A stretch of DNA of 64,000 nucleotides from Candidatus Bipolaricaulota bacterium (GTDB lineage Bacteria; Bipolaricaulota; Bipolaricaulia; UBA7950; UBA9294): positions 1 to 64,000 of the forward strand of contig JBFMGK010000003.1 in the NCBI GenBank assembly GCA_040752575.1. Reading direction: 5' to 3'. Position numbers and translations under genes: made by a program. The notes beneath the pieces were generated by a model, which was not told the origin of the DNA, searched no databases, and saw only the letters and a program-made list of their open reading frames with translations. Position 1 is the stretch's first letter. Every line of letters begins with the position of its first letter. Of this stretch, positions 31,471 to 41,010 are shown piece after piece.

Positions 31471-32937
31471 CTATCCCTTCATGACACCCACCTGCACATT
31501 GCGGAAGCGCGTCGGCGCGGCACCGTGCCCGGTGTGCGCGACTTGCCCGGGCTGCCCCTTGCCGCAGTTCGGCGTACCCCAGACGTGCCAGTGATCCTTG
31601 TTGCAGATCGCATCGCACCCGGCCCAGAACGTGGGTGTCATGCCGGTGTACGTCGCGTTCTTGAGCATCTTGCCGATCTTCCCCTTCTTGATCTCGTAGG
31701 CGAGTTCCGTCCCGAACTGGAAGTTCAGGCGCTTATCGTCGATCGACCAGCTCTTGTTGGTGATCATGTAGATGCCATCCTCGGTGTCGGCGATGAGGTC
31801 GTCGAATGTCCACTCGCCCGGCATGAGGCTCACGTTGTTCATGCGAATGATCGGAATGCGGTTCCACCCATCGGCCCGCATCGCGCCGTTCGAGCGCTCG
31901 GGGGCGTTCGGGTGGATCCTCCGGAGCTGCTGCGCGGTTTCGCGCGACGTTAGGTACCCGACGAACTGCCCGTTCTTCACGATGTCGGTTCGCTGTGCGG
32001 GGACGCCTTCGTCGTCGAAGCCGTAGGTACCGAGGCCGCCCGGGGTAACGGCGTCGGAGACGATGTTCACGATGTCCGATCCATAACGGAAGTTGCGGAA
32101 CTTCTCCGGAGTCAGGAAGCTTGTGCCGGCGTAGGCGGCTTCGGTGCCGAAGACGCGGTCGAGTTCGATCGGATGGCCGCAGGACTCGTGGACCTGGAGC
32201 CCGAGCTGCGGTCCGTCGAGGATGATCGTCGTCACCCCGCCGGGACACTGAGGCGCCGACAAGAGGCCGACGGCCTCCTCGGCGACGCGGCGGGCGTTGC
32301 CCGGCAGGTCCCAAGTACGGACGAACTCATAGCCGCCGGTACCCTGATGGCGGCCGAACGAGTTGGGGTACGAGCGCTGTTGCATCTCGCCTTCGGCGAC
32401 GGCCATCACAACGATTCCGGCGCCGCTCTCGACGAGGACCTGCTCGATGTAGCTGCCTTCGGTCGACGCGAACGTCTTGGTCTCGCGCTGGAAGCCGAGC
32501 GCCCCGTCCACAACGCGCACGCCCTGGACTGACTGCGCGTCCTTGTCGGCTCGCAACAGGTAGTCGATCTTGTCCTCGAGGGACACCTCAAACGGGTCGA
32601 TCTCGAGCGGTGTCTTGTACGTCGCGACGTGAGCCTCCTTAGGCCCCAGATCGACGTCTGCCTTCTTGCTGATCGCGCTCGCCTTGGCGATGGCGACGGC
32701 GAGCTCCGCAATGCGGTCGATCTCCGCCTTTTCAAGGCGATTCGAACTCGCGAAACCCCAGGCGCCGTCGGCAATCACGCGAACGCCGAAGCCGTACGTC
32801 TCGGCAAGCGTCAGGTCTTGAACGACGCCGTTCTTGGTCTCGATGTTCTGTGTCTCACGCCGCACGACGCGGATGTCGGCGTACGAGGCTCCCCTCGCCC
32901 GCGCGACGTCCAGCGCACGATCCGTGTACTCTCGCAT
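31471..32937 (-). CDS. tldD: TldD metalloprotease subunit
   Basis: HESCGHPIELD, FDDEGV, RMNN, CGKGQ, HGAAP. Confidence 0.93.
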   Translation of the reverse strand: MREYTDRALDVARARGASYADIRVVRRETQNIETKNGVVQDLTLAETYGFGVRVIADGAWGFASSNRLEKAEIDRIAELAVAIAKASAISKKADVDLGPKEAHVATYKTPLEIDPFEVSLEDKIDYLLRADKDAQSVQGVRVVDGALGFQRETKTFASTEGSYIEQVLVESGAGIVVMAVAEGEMQQRSYPNSFGRHQGTGGYEFVRTWDLPGNARRVAEEAVGLLSAPQCPGGVTTIILDGPQLGLQVHESCGHPIELDRVFGTEAAYAGTSFLTPEKFRNFRYGSDIVNIVSDAVTPGGLGTYGFDDEGVPAQRTDIVKNGQFVGYLTSRETAQQLRRIHPNAPERSNGAMRADGWNRIPIIRMNNVSLMPGEWTFDDLIADTEDGIYMITNKSWSIDDKRLNFQFGTELAYEIKKGKIGKMLKNATYTGMTPTFWAGCDAICNKDHWHVWGTPNCGKGQPGQVAHTGHGAAPTRFRNVQVGVMKG

Positions 32938-32959
32938 GGCTCTCCTTTCCCGGAGCGGG

Positions 32960-34303
32960 CTACTCGGTCCCGCCCGTGAACCGGAAGTTGCGGATCTTCG
33001 CCGCGGGAGCGCAGGTCCCGAGCGCATTCCAGTCGTTCTTGATCAGTGCGAGCGTCGACCCCAACGTTTCGACGTTCGCCAACGCCTCGAGGATGCTTTG
33101 GGTGAAGCGAAGGTTCTTCAGCGGCCGCGTGACCTTGCCGTTCTCGATGAGGAAGGTACCGTCGCGCGTCATCCCTGTCAGCACTGTCTTCACGGGGTGC
33201 AGGATGTTCGTGTAATGGAAACGTGTCACCCAGATGCCGCGTTCGGTCGAGGCAAGCATCTCCTCTTTCGTCGACGTGCCCGGCTCGAGAAACAGGTTGA
33301 TCGGCAGCGGACCCATCGTGTTCGGCGCCGGCAGGCTGTGCCCGGTCGACGCCTTTCCCGGTTCGCGACTCGCAGTGAACGAGTCGTAGACGACGTTCTT
33401 CGCGATGCCCTTCTCGATCAGGACGACCTTCTGCTTGGCGACGCCCTCGAAGTCGAACGGCAGCGGCAGGCCGCGCGGATCGGATCCATCGTCCCAGATG
33501 GTAATCTTGTCGCCGGTGACGCGTTCGCCGATCTTGCCGCACATGAAACTCCGCCCTTCCTGCACGGCAAGCGCGCCGAGTCCCATGTAGCCCAGGAAGA
33601 ACAGCATGTCGGCCACGGCGGGCTCTTCGAGGATCACGGTGTATTCGCCGGGCTCGATCGACGTCGGCTTGCGCCCTGCGAGCGCCTTGTCGATGGCCGT
33701 CTTGCCGGCTGCCGCGGTGTCGAGCTTGCGCACGTCGATCGCCGCGGCCTCGCCCCAGCCGGAGCTGTCGTCGGCCATGATCACCGTGACGAGCCCGGCG
33801 ACCGTTCCGCGGTGGTAGGCCGAGACGCCGAGCGAGTTCGCGATCAGCATCTCCTGGCCCTCCGTCGAGAAGGCTCCTGCGGCTTCGAGGCCGGCGCTTC
33901 GCGACGCGGCCAGGATCTTCTCGACGCGCTCGGCCCGCTCGCGGGGAGTGAAGGCCGCCGTCGCGTCGACGTAGGCGTCGACCTTCTTCGCCGTGGTCGG
34001 CCCAGGAAGCGAGCGGAAGTCAGGGTTCTTCTGTTGGAACCGTGCGACGGTCTCGGCGCGCCGCACGACCGTTCGAAGCCCCTCTTCGCTGAGATCGTTC
34101 CCGGCGGCGACACCCGTCTTCTGATCGACGATCACGCGAACGCGCACCGTGGCGTCCGTCTCGGAAACGTTTTGGTGAATCGTGTTCGTGGCGAACCTCG
34201 TGAGGTGGGAGTCGTTCGCTGTGATCATCACCTCCGTCTGGTCGGCCTTCGCTTCACGCAGCACGCGCTGCGCGGCGTCTGCAAGACGACTCTGACCTAG
34301 CAC
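32960..34303 (-). CDS. TldE/PmbA-family subunit
   Basis: TRFATNTIHQN, IANSLG, PGEYTVILEE, PFDFEG, TGMTRDG; lacks HExxxH; adjacent to tldD. Confidence 0.9.
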   Translation of the reverse strand: MLGQSRLADAAQRVLREAKADQTEVMITANDSHLTRFATNTIHQNVSETDATVRVRVIVDQKTGVAAGNDLSEEGLRTVVRRAETVARFQQKNPDFRSLPGPTTAKKVDAYVDATAAFTPRERAERVEKILAASRSAGLEAAGAFSTEGQEMLIANSLGVSAYHRGTVAGLVTVIMADDSSGWGEAAAIDVRKLDTAAAGKTAIDKALAGRKPTSIEPGEYTVILEEPAVADMLFFLGYMGLGALAVQEGRSFMCGKIGERVTGDKITIWDDGSDPRGLPLPFDFEGVAKQKVVLIEKGIAKNVVYDSFTASREPGKASTGHSLPAPNTMGPLPINLFLEPGTSTKEEMLASTERGIWVTRFHYTNILHPVKTVLTGMTRDGTFLIENGKVTRPLKNLRFTQSILEALANVETLGSTLALIKNDWNALGTCAPAAKIRNFRFTGGTE

Positions 34304-34501
34304 GTTGCCTCCTCCCTTTCTTCCCGCTCTGCCCGTGGCCGGGGACGAACCGTCCCTCGGTTTCCCATCTGCAGAGGGTACCGTCGGCGGCGGACCCGCT
34401 CAAACGCGTCGTCGCCTCTGTGAAGTGAGTCGGCGTGAGCACGAGAGGAGTTCACCGCCGTCGGTGATTCCGGCGGGTTCCGGATCTATACTGACGACGC
34501 T

Positions 34502-35188
34502 ATGTCCGCCCGCGTGCTGGTTGTGGACGACGAGGACTGGGTACTCGAGACCGTCAGGCTCTACCTCGAACAGGCCGGGTTTGAGGTCGCTACGGCTCGC
34601 GATGGCGAGTCGGCGTTGGAGGCTTTCTCGCGATTCGCTCCCGATGTGATCGTTCTGGATTGGATGCTCCCGCGGCTCGACGGTCCGTCGGTCGCCGAGC
34701 GCGTCCGCGCGTCCTCCAAGGTTCCGATCATCATGCTGACCGCGCGGGTCGGCGAAGAGGATCGCCTTCAGGGCTTCCGAGTCGGTGTCGATGATTACGT
34801 CGTGAAGCCCTTCAGCGCACGAGAACTCGAAGCTCGCGTGCGCGCCGTGCTGCGCCGCTCCGTCGGCAAGGAGCCCGCGACGCTCGAGGTAGGCGACGTG
34901 CGACTCGATCGCGAGCAGCGCTTGGTGTGGGTCCGCGAAGATCTAGTGGAGGTCTCGGCCATGAGCTTCGACCTACTTGCCTTCCTGATGGCCCATCCCG
35001 GCAGGGTGTTCACGCGTCTCGAACTCCTCGAAGCGGTTCGCGGCGAGACCTACAGCGGCTTCGAGCGCGCCGTCGACTCGCACATCAAGCGTCTGCGCCA
35101 GAAGATCGAGCGCGACCCCTCGGACCCCAAGATCATCCTCACCGTCTTCGGCGTGGGCTACCGACTCGCGCGGGGCGACGAGCCGTGA
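34502..35188 (+). CDS. OmpR/PhoB-family response regulator
   Basis: VVDDE, LDWMLP, IIMLTAR, DDYVVKPFS, VDSHIKRLRQK, TVFGVGY. Confidence 0.95.
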   Translation: MSARVLVVDDEDWVLETVRLYLEQAGFEVATARDGESALEAFSRFAPDVIVLDWMLPRLDGPSVAERVRASSKVPIIMLTARVGEEDRLQGFRVGVDDYVVKPFSARELEARVRAVLRRSVGKEPATLEVGDVRLDREQRLVWVREDLVEVSAMSFDLLAFLMAHPGRVFTRLELLEAVRGETYSGFERAVDSHIKRLRQKIERDPSDPKIILTVFGVGYRLARGDEP

Positions 35189-36555
35189 TCTCGCGCCTGC
35201 GTCGCCTCTCGTTCCAGACGAAACTCCTCGCGTCGTTCTTCGTCGTCGTCGTTCTGGCGACGGTCGCCGGGTACTTGTCGATCAGCCGCTCCGTGAATCG
35301 AGCCTTCTCGGACTTCAGCGTTCGCAGCTTCACGCTGCAGGACGAGGTGGTTGTCCAACTCGTCGTGGCCACGTACAACCGCACGGGGAGTGTCGATGCA
35401 CTCGTCGAGTTCCTGAATCGCGGCCCGCGAGACATCCCCATTCTCCTCGTGAACCCCGAACGGAAAGTCGTCTTCGCTCCCGATGACGAGTTCGCCGGCC
35501 GCACGTTGGACGAGCGCCAGCTTGAGGGAGGGCAGTCGATCCGCCTCCCATCGGGCGAGGTCTGGACGGTCGTGCCGTACCGAGCCATGGCCGGCCGCAT
35601 CGAACTCGAGAGACGGTTCATACGCGCCACAGGACGTGCCTTCTGGCTCGCCGGCTTCGCGGCCGCAGCCGCGGCGCTGGCTCTGGCCTTGGTTCTGGTT
35701 CGTCAGATGACAAGCCCCCTCCGCCAGCTCGAAACCGCAACGCGCCGCATCGCGGCGGGGCGATTCGACGATCGCGTGGACGTGCGCTCGGCCGATGAGA
35801 TCGGCCATCTGGCCGCATCGTTCAACGACATGGCCAGAAGCCTCGAGCGCTCGGAAGAAGCCAAGCGGCGGATGATCGCCGACATCTCGCACGAGTTGCG
35901 AACGCCTCTTGCCGCCGTCCGATCGGCGCTTGAGGGTCTTCGGGACGGCTTGGTCGAACCCACCGAAACCACGTTCGCCGGCCTACATGACCGCGTCCTC
36001 CTCTTCGGACGTCTCGTGGGCGACCTGCATCAGTTGGCCCTCGCCGACGCAGGGCAACTCTCGATCGAGCGATCTCCGTCACGGATCGACGCGCTCCTCG
36101 AGGGCATCATCGAGGCGATCGAGCCCCAGATCGAGGACGCCGGTCTGGCGATGGCGTGGTCCGTAGCTCCCGACCTTCCGGTGCTCTGGGTGGATGCGCA
36201 TCGGATCGAACAGGTGCTGCTCAACGTTCTGGCCAATGCCATTCGCCACACGCCGGCGGGCGGACGTCTGGAGGTTTCGGCAGCCCTCGAGAACGATCGT
36301 GAGGTTTGGATCCGGGTCTGCGACTCGGGACCGGGCATCCCGGCCGACGCGATCGAGCGGGTCTTCGACCGTTTCTATCGTGCAGACCCTGCTCGCGAAG
36401 CGGGCGGAGCGGGTCTGGGGCTGGCCATCGCCCGCGCGCTCGTGGAAGCGCACGGCGGACGGATCTGGGCCGAGAACCGCTCCTCGGGAGGGGCCTGCTT
36501 CACCATCGCTCTCCCGGCCTTGGACGGAGAAAGGAGAGGCCCGCCGCTCGCATGA
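35185..36555 (+). CDS. HAMP sensor histidine kinase (BaeS-like)
   Basis: Two TM segments, DEIGHLAASFN, SHELRTPL, NAIRHT, DSGPGI, GLGLAI; GTGA overlap with the regulator. Confidence 0.94.
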   Translation: MISRLRRLSFQTKLLASFFVVVVLATVAGYLSISRSVNRAFSDFSVRSFTLQDEVVVQLVVATYNRTGSVDALVEFLNRGPRDIPILLVNPERKVVFAPDDEFAGRTLDERQLEGGQSIRLPSGEVWTVVPYRAMAGRIELERRFIRATGRAFWLAGFAAAAAALALALVLVRQMTSPLRQLETATRRIAAGRFDDRVDVRSADEIGHLAASFNDMARSLERSEEAKRRMIADISHELRTPLAAVRSALEGLRDGLVEPTETTFAGLHDRVLLFGRLVGDLHQLALADAGQLSIERSPSRIDALLEGIIEAIEPQIEDAGLAMAWSVAPDLPVLWVDAHRIEQVLLNVLANAIRHTPAGGRLEVSAALENDREVWIRVCDSGPGIPADAIERVFDRFYRADPAREAGGAGLGLAIARALVEAHGGRIWAENRSSGGACFTIALPALDGERRGPPLA

Positions 36556-36591
36556 GCGACGGGCCGTCAACCGCACAGGGCGGTGGCGTAC

Positions 36592-37413
36592 CTAGGGCAC
36601 GGCCGCCAGCTTCAACTCCAGCGCATGTGAGAAGCTCTCGATCCCGCCCAGGAGTCGGTCCATGACCCCGGCGCGAACGGCCTTCGCGAGGCGGGAGACG
36701 TCCTCCGGTCTCGGTTGTGCGCTCTGCGGGCCGTGCCGCATCGCCCAGGGGTTCGACATCTCGCGCTGCATCGCGCCAGCTCTCCCCGCGGTCGGCGCAT
36801 CCGTCGAGGCGTCCCGATCGTGAATCCGCGCGGCAAGCTGCTCGCGCAGTCTCTCGATCACGTTGGCCCCGTCCGAGGCTCCCTCGGCGCGCTCAGCGAC
36901 CCGCTCCCGCAGTCTCTGTACGAGGGCCTGGGGCTCCTGCACGGACGCAGTGGGGGTCGGCGCTTCCAGAGCCCGCTGGATCCAAGCAGGACCGTACTGA
37001 AGGAGAGTCTCGCCCTGGCTCATCGTCAACGTCCCTTTGATCTCCTCGAACGCGCCGGCCAGAGCGCCGCGCAGCGCTTCCTGCGCCGCCTCCATCTCCT
37101 GCCTCCGTGCGTCAAGCCGCGCCTCGAGTTCCTCCGCCGTACCGCTCCAGGAGATCATCTCGTCCTCAAAGGCCGCTCGCTTCGCCTCGATCGCCTCCCG
37201 CTCGACCAGCACGCGGTCGAGCGCCGCGTGGATGGACTCCATCTGACCGCGCGACAGCTCGAGTCGATTGATCAACACGAGGGCTTCGAGGCTTGCCCCG
37301 TCGGCCTCCTCCGTCGCGCCTCGGCCGGGAAGAACCTGCGTGCTGGCTGGGATCACGGCCGCCGCACTGAGTACGACGATCAACAAGAGGACTCTCAACG
37401 TCTTCGTCTTCAT
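36592..37413 (-). CDS. Exported alpha-helical protein (possibly Spy/CpxP-like)
   Basis: Signal peptide MKTKTLRVLLLIVV...; LELSRGQ and LTMSQ resemble LTxxQ motifs; coiled-coil character. Confidence 0.65.
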   Translation of the reverse strand: MKTKTLRVLLLIVVLSAAAVIPASTQVLPGRGATEEADGASLEALVLINRLELSRGQMESIHAALDRVLVEREAIEAKRAAFEDEMISWSGTAEELEARLDARRQEMEAAQEALRGALAGAFEEIKGTLTMSQGETLLQYGPAWIQRALEAPTPTASVQEPQALVQRLRERVAERAEGASDGANVIERLREQLAARIHDRDASTDAPTAGRAGAMQREMSNPWAMRHGPQSAQPRPEDVSRLAKAVRAGVMDRLLGGIESFSHALELKLAAVP

Positions 37414-37482
37414 CTCTGGCATCCCTCCGTCCATGTAGTGTCTTCAGAATGCGTCACCCAAGTGAATGGACGTTCGCCGGCT

Positions 37483-37502
37483 TGTGTCAGCCTTGTGAAG
37501 GG
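37483..37502 (-). promoter_or_regulatory. Candidate response-regulator box, copy 3
   Basis: TGTGTCAGCCTTGTGAAGGG, 70 nt from the start at 37413. Confidence 0.5.
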
Positions 37503-37523
37503 ATGAGGTTCGACTGGGGTACA

Positions 37524-38432
37524 ATGCGGCCACGCCTCGCGCGGCCATCGTCCGGGGGCGCGTTCGAGAAGGGGGGTACGCTGGAGGCCTGTTCGCAGTC
37601 GCCCTTAAAGCAGGAGCCCTGCCGTACCGGCCCGACCGGGAAGGAGCCGGTCCACGAACCGGGATCTCCCGCCATCTGTGCCCGCGGATTGACGCTGCAC
37701 TACGACAAGCGGACCGCTCTCGAGGACGTGTCGTTCGATGTCCCTGCAGGCGCACACGTCGCCGTGGTCGGCCCCAACGGCGCGGGAAAGAGCACGCTGC
37801 TCAAGGCCGTCGCCGGCCTTCTTCCCTGGACGCAAGGAACGCTCCGCGTCTACGGCCATGAGCCCCGCGACCACCTGTGCATTGCCTACGTTCCGCAGCG
37901 GGCTGCGGTGGACTGGCGGTTCCCCGTGACCGTCCTCGACGTCGTTCTCATGGGCCGCGTCCACCGCCGGGGCCCGTTGCGGCGCATGACGCGCCGCGAC
38001 CGCGCGCTCGCCGAGGCCGCGGTCCAATGGGTGGGCCTCGGCCCCCAGGCGGGGCGCCAGATTGCCGAGCTGTCCGGAGGAGAACAGCAGAAGATGTTCC
38101 TCGCGCGAGCGCTGTCCCAGGAGGCGGAACTCGTCCTACTCGACGAGCCCTTGGCGGGCATCGACGCGTCCTCGGAAGTGGAGATCCTCGACCTGCTGGA
38201 TCGCCTTTCCGGTACGACGCTGCTCGTGGCCTTGCACGACCTTGGCATCGCCGCAAAACACTTCTCGCTTGCCCTGCTCGTCCGGGGTCGCCTTCTTGGG
38301 TTCGGGGCGCCCGAGGACGTATTCACACCGGAGAACCTTCAGTCGGCCTATGGGGAGTGCCTGAAAATGGTCCGCACGGCCGACGGAACCCTCGTTGTTC
38401 AGGACACGCCGTGCTCGAGGGGAGCGAGGTGA
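37524..38432 (+). CDS. Zn/Mn ABC transporter ATP-binding protein (start uncertain)
   Basis: GPNGAGKS, AYVPQR, FPVTVLDVVLMGR, LSGGEQQK, LLDEP, HDL. Confidence 0.88.
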   Translation: MRPRLARPSSGGAFEKGGTLEACSQSPLKQEPCRTGPTGKEPVHEPGSPAICARGLTLHYDKRTALEDVSFDVPAGAHVAVVGPNGAGKSTLLKAVAGLLPWTQGTLRVYGHEPRDHLCIAYVPQRAAVDWRFPVTVLDVVLMGRVHRRGPLRRMTRRDRALAEAAVQWVGLGPQAGRQIAELSGGEQQKMFLARALSQEAELVLLDEPLAGIDASSEVEILDLLDRLSGTTLLVALHDLGIAAKHFSLALLVRGRLLGFGAPEDVFTPENLQSAYGECLKMVRTADGTLVVQDTPCSRGAR

Positions 38433-39289
38433 CGACGGTGGAGTGGTTGATCGCGCCGCTGCGCTATCCGTTCATGGTTCGAGCGCTTGTGGCTTCGACC
38501 CTGGTCGGCGGGCTGTCCGCCGTCGTGGGAACGTTCGTCGTCCTGCGCTCCATGACATTCCTGGGCGACGCGATCGCCCACTCGGTTCTTCCGGGGATCG
38601 CCGCCGGCGTCCTTGTGAGCGGTCGTGGCGACCGGCGGACGCTGTTCTGGTGGGCCCTCGGAACTGCGGTTCTCGTCACGTTGGGCATCGGCTGGGTCCA
38701 CGAACGCGGTCGGGTTCGCGAGGACGCCGCAATCGGCATCGTGTTCGCCGGCATGTTTGCGCTCGGAATTGCCCTGCTATCCACCGTTCGCGGCTTCTCG
38801 GTCGATCTCGTTCACATCCTGTTCGGGAATGTCCTCGCGGTCTCTTCATCGGACCTCGTCTTGATCGCCGGCTTCGGCGGGGGAGTCCTTCTGATCCTCG
38901 GCGCGTTCTATCGCGAGTTCGTCCTGGTGTCGTTTGACCCAATCCTCGGCGCGACGCTTCGTCTCCCCGTGCGGCTCTATCGCTACGCACTCCTTGTGCT
39001 GACGGCGGTGACCGTCGTCGTCTCTCTGCAGGTGGTTGGACTCGCCCTGATGCTCGCCATGCTCGTAGCGCCGCCGTCGACGGCGCTCTTGCTCACGCGC
39101 CGCGTTCCGGCCACGATGGCGATCGCGGCCCTCTGCGGCGTCGTGTCAGGCCTCGTCGGGCTCTATCTCTCGTTCTACTTCTCCGTCGCCTCGGGGGCCG
39201 CCATCGTCCTCGTGGCGATCGGCCTCTTCCTGTTGGCGCTCTTGGTCACGCGACGGCGGGTTGTGTTCGCACGTCTGCGCACGCGCTAG
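38429..39289 (+). CDS. Zn/Mn ABC transporter permease (ZnuB/MntB-like)
   Basis: GDAIAHSVLPG, EDAAIG, ILFGNVL, SFDP, SGAAIV. Confidence 0.92.
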   Translation: MTTVEWLIAPLRYPFMVRALVASTLVGGLSAVVGTFVVLRSMTFLGDAIAHSVLPGIAAGVLVSGRGDRRTLFWWALGTAVLVTLGIGWVHERGRVREDAAIGIVFAGMFALGIALLSTVRGFSVDLVHILFGNVLAVSSSDLVLIAGFGGGVLLILGAFYREFVLVSFDPILGATLRLPVRLYRYALLVLTAVTVVVSLQVVGLALMLAMLVAPPSTALLLTRRVPATMAIAALCGVVSGLVGLYLSFYFSVASGAAIVLVAIGLFLLALLVTRRRVVFARLRTR

Positions 39290-39331
39290 AGCGTACTTGC
39301 CGACCCGCAGGGACTCCGATACCTTCGTCCT

Positions 39332-40234
39332 ATGGGACTTGAGGTTCGCCGCGCGCGGGTCGCGGACAAAGAGCGAATCGTCGCCATCGCTTCGCAGATC
39401 TGGGATGGCGGCGACTACGTGCCCGCCGTGATCGACGACTGGCTGGCTTGCTCTCGTGGCGAGCTTCTGGTCGCGGAAATCGACGGCACCGTGGCCGCGT
39501 TTGCGCAGCGAACGTGGCTTGCTGCCGGCCACGCGTGGCTGCAAGGAATCCGGGCCGATCCAGCGCTGCGCGGTCGCGGGGCCGGCCGCGCGTTGACGCA
39601 GGCGCTTGTCGAGGCCTGCGATCGGGATGGCGCACGCCGCATCGGCCTGTCGACCTACATCGACAACCTCGAGTCGATCCACCTCGTGGAGTCGTTCGGC
39701 TTCGTGCGGCGGGCCTCGTTCTCTTACGTCGAAGGAACATCGGAAGTTCCTGGCGCCGCGCCGTTGGGGGACATCGACGTCCCGTCCGACGCGGAGTTCG
39801 AGGCCTTCGTGCGCGCGTCGACCTTCCTTCGGGCGGCGCGCGGGCGGTTCCCGTCGGAGTGGCGGTTCCTCGAGTTCGACTGGGAACCGCGAGTCGCTTT
39901 GGGCTGGGCTCCCCATCGCTTCGCCCTCCGCCGCGATGGCCGGATCGTCGCCGCGCTCTGCGCGTCGTACCCGGCCCGGGCCGACATGCAGGGGGCCTTT
40001 CTGTCATTTCTGGAGGGCTCCCGGGAGGACGTTGCCGCCCTTCTCGCGCACGCCGTCCGGCAGCTCGAGGTGCCGGGCTGGGAAGCCATGATCCCCGCGC
40101 CGGACGGGGACGCGTCGCCCATCCTTGCCACCCTGCGTGAACTTGGGTTCACCTCGTGGAGGGACTTCACGCCGGACTCGTTCTGCTATGAGCGCGACGC
40201 TCTCTCCCGCCCTGGGACGGTGAGACCGGGGTGA
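39332..40234 (+). CDS. GNAT-family acetyltransferase
   Basis: WDGGDY, LQGIRADPALRGRGAG acetyl-CoA motif, N..SIHLVESFGF. Confidence 0.85.
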   Translation: MGLEVRRARVADKERIVAIASQIWDGGDYVPAVIDDWLACSRGELLVAEIDGTVAAFAQRTWLAAGHAWLQGIRADPALRGRGAGRALTQALVEACDRDGARRIGLSTYIDNLESIHLVESFGFVRRASFSYVEGTSEVPGAAPLGDIDVPSDAEFEAFVRASTFLRAARGRFPSEWRFLEFDWEPRVALGWAPHRFALRRDGRIVAALCASYPARADMQGAFLSFLEGSREDVAALLAHAVRQLEVPGWEAMIPAPDGDASPILATLRELGFTSWRDFTPDSFCYERDALSRPGTVRPG

Positions 40235-41010
40235 GCGGCGTGTGGTCTCAAGGCGAACGGGAGAGGTATGCGCGCCACTTCGTGCTCCCGGGGTTCGGCG
40301 AGTCGGGACAACAGAAGCTGCGGCGTGCGCGCGCCCTCGTGGTCGGGGTCGGAGGCCTTGGAAGCCCCGTTGCGCTCTACCTCGCTGCCGCCGGCCTCGG
40401 AACGCTTCATCTCGTCGACGCGGATCGGGTGAGCGTCTCGAACCTTCAGCGCCAGATCGTTCACGGCACGGCAACCGTCGGACGGCCGAAGCCGGAGTCC
40501 GCCGCCGTCCGCTTGGCGGACCTCAACCCGGCGACGCTCCTCGAACTGACGATGGCTCGTTTCTCGTCGGCCAACGCCCGTACGCTCGTGCGCGACGCCG
40601 ACATCGTTGTCGACGGAACGGACAATCTCAAGACGCGATTCCTGATCAACGAGGCCTGTCTCGAACGAGGTATCCCATTCGTCTACGGAGCCGTGTCGCA
40701 GTACGAAGGGCAGACCGGAGTCCTGTGCCTCTCCGGAGGCCCGTGCTATCGCTGTCTTTTCCCCTTGTGTCCGCCCGAGGACGCCGTGCCCGATCCGGAG
40801 CGCGTAGGTTTGCTTGCCGTCGTTCCAGGCGTCATCGGCACGCTCCAGGCGGCCGCCGCGATTCGCTGGATCACCCGCTACGCGGAGACGCCTGTCGGGC
40901 GCCTCCAGATCTACGACGCTCGCCTAGGAGAAGTCTTCTCGATCGAGATCGCTCGGGATCCCGCATGTCCCGCGTGCGGAGGCGCTACAGGCGGGTCGTC
41001 GACTCCCTGA
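40231..41010 (+). CDS. ThiF/MoeB/HesA-family adenylyltransferase
   Basis: RYARH, GVGGLG, SNLQRQ, DGTDN, CYRC and CPAC zinc pairs. Confidence 0.92.
   Translation: MSGVWSQGERERYARHFVLPGFGESGQQKLRRARALVVGVGGLGSPVALYLAAAGLGTLHLVDADRVSVSNLQRQIVHGTATVGRPKPESAAVRLADLNPATLLELTMARFSSANARTLVRDADIVVDGTDNLKTRFLINEACLERGIPFVYGAVSQYEGQTGVLCLSGGPCYRCLFPLCPPEDAVPDPERVGLLAVVPGVIGTLQAAAAIRWITRYAETPVGRLQIYDARLGEVFSIEIARDPACPACGGATGGSSTP

Noticed and set aside
37524..39289. Metal ABC transporter lacking a binding protein as a novelty
   Set aside because: Solute-binding genes are often encoded elsewhere; cannot be judged from this window.
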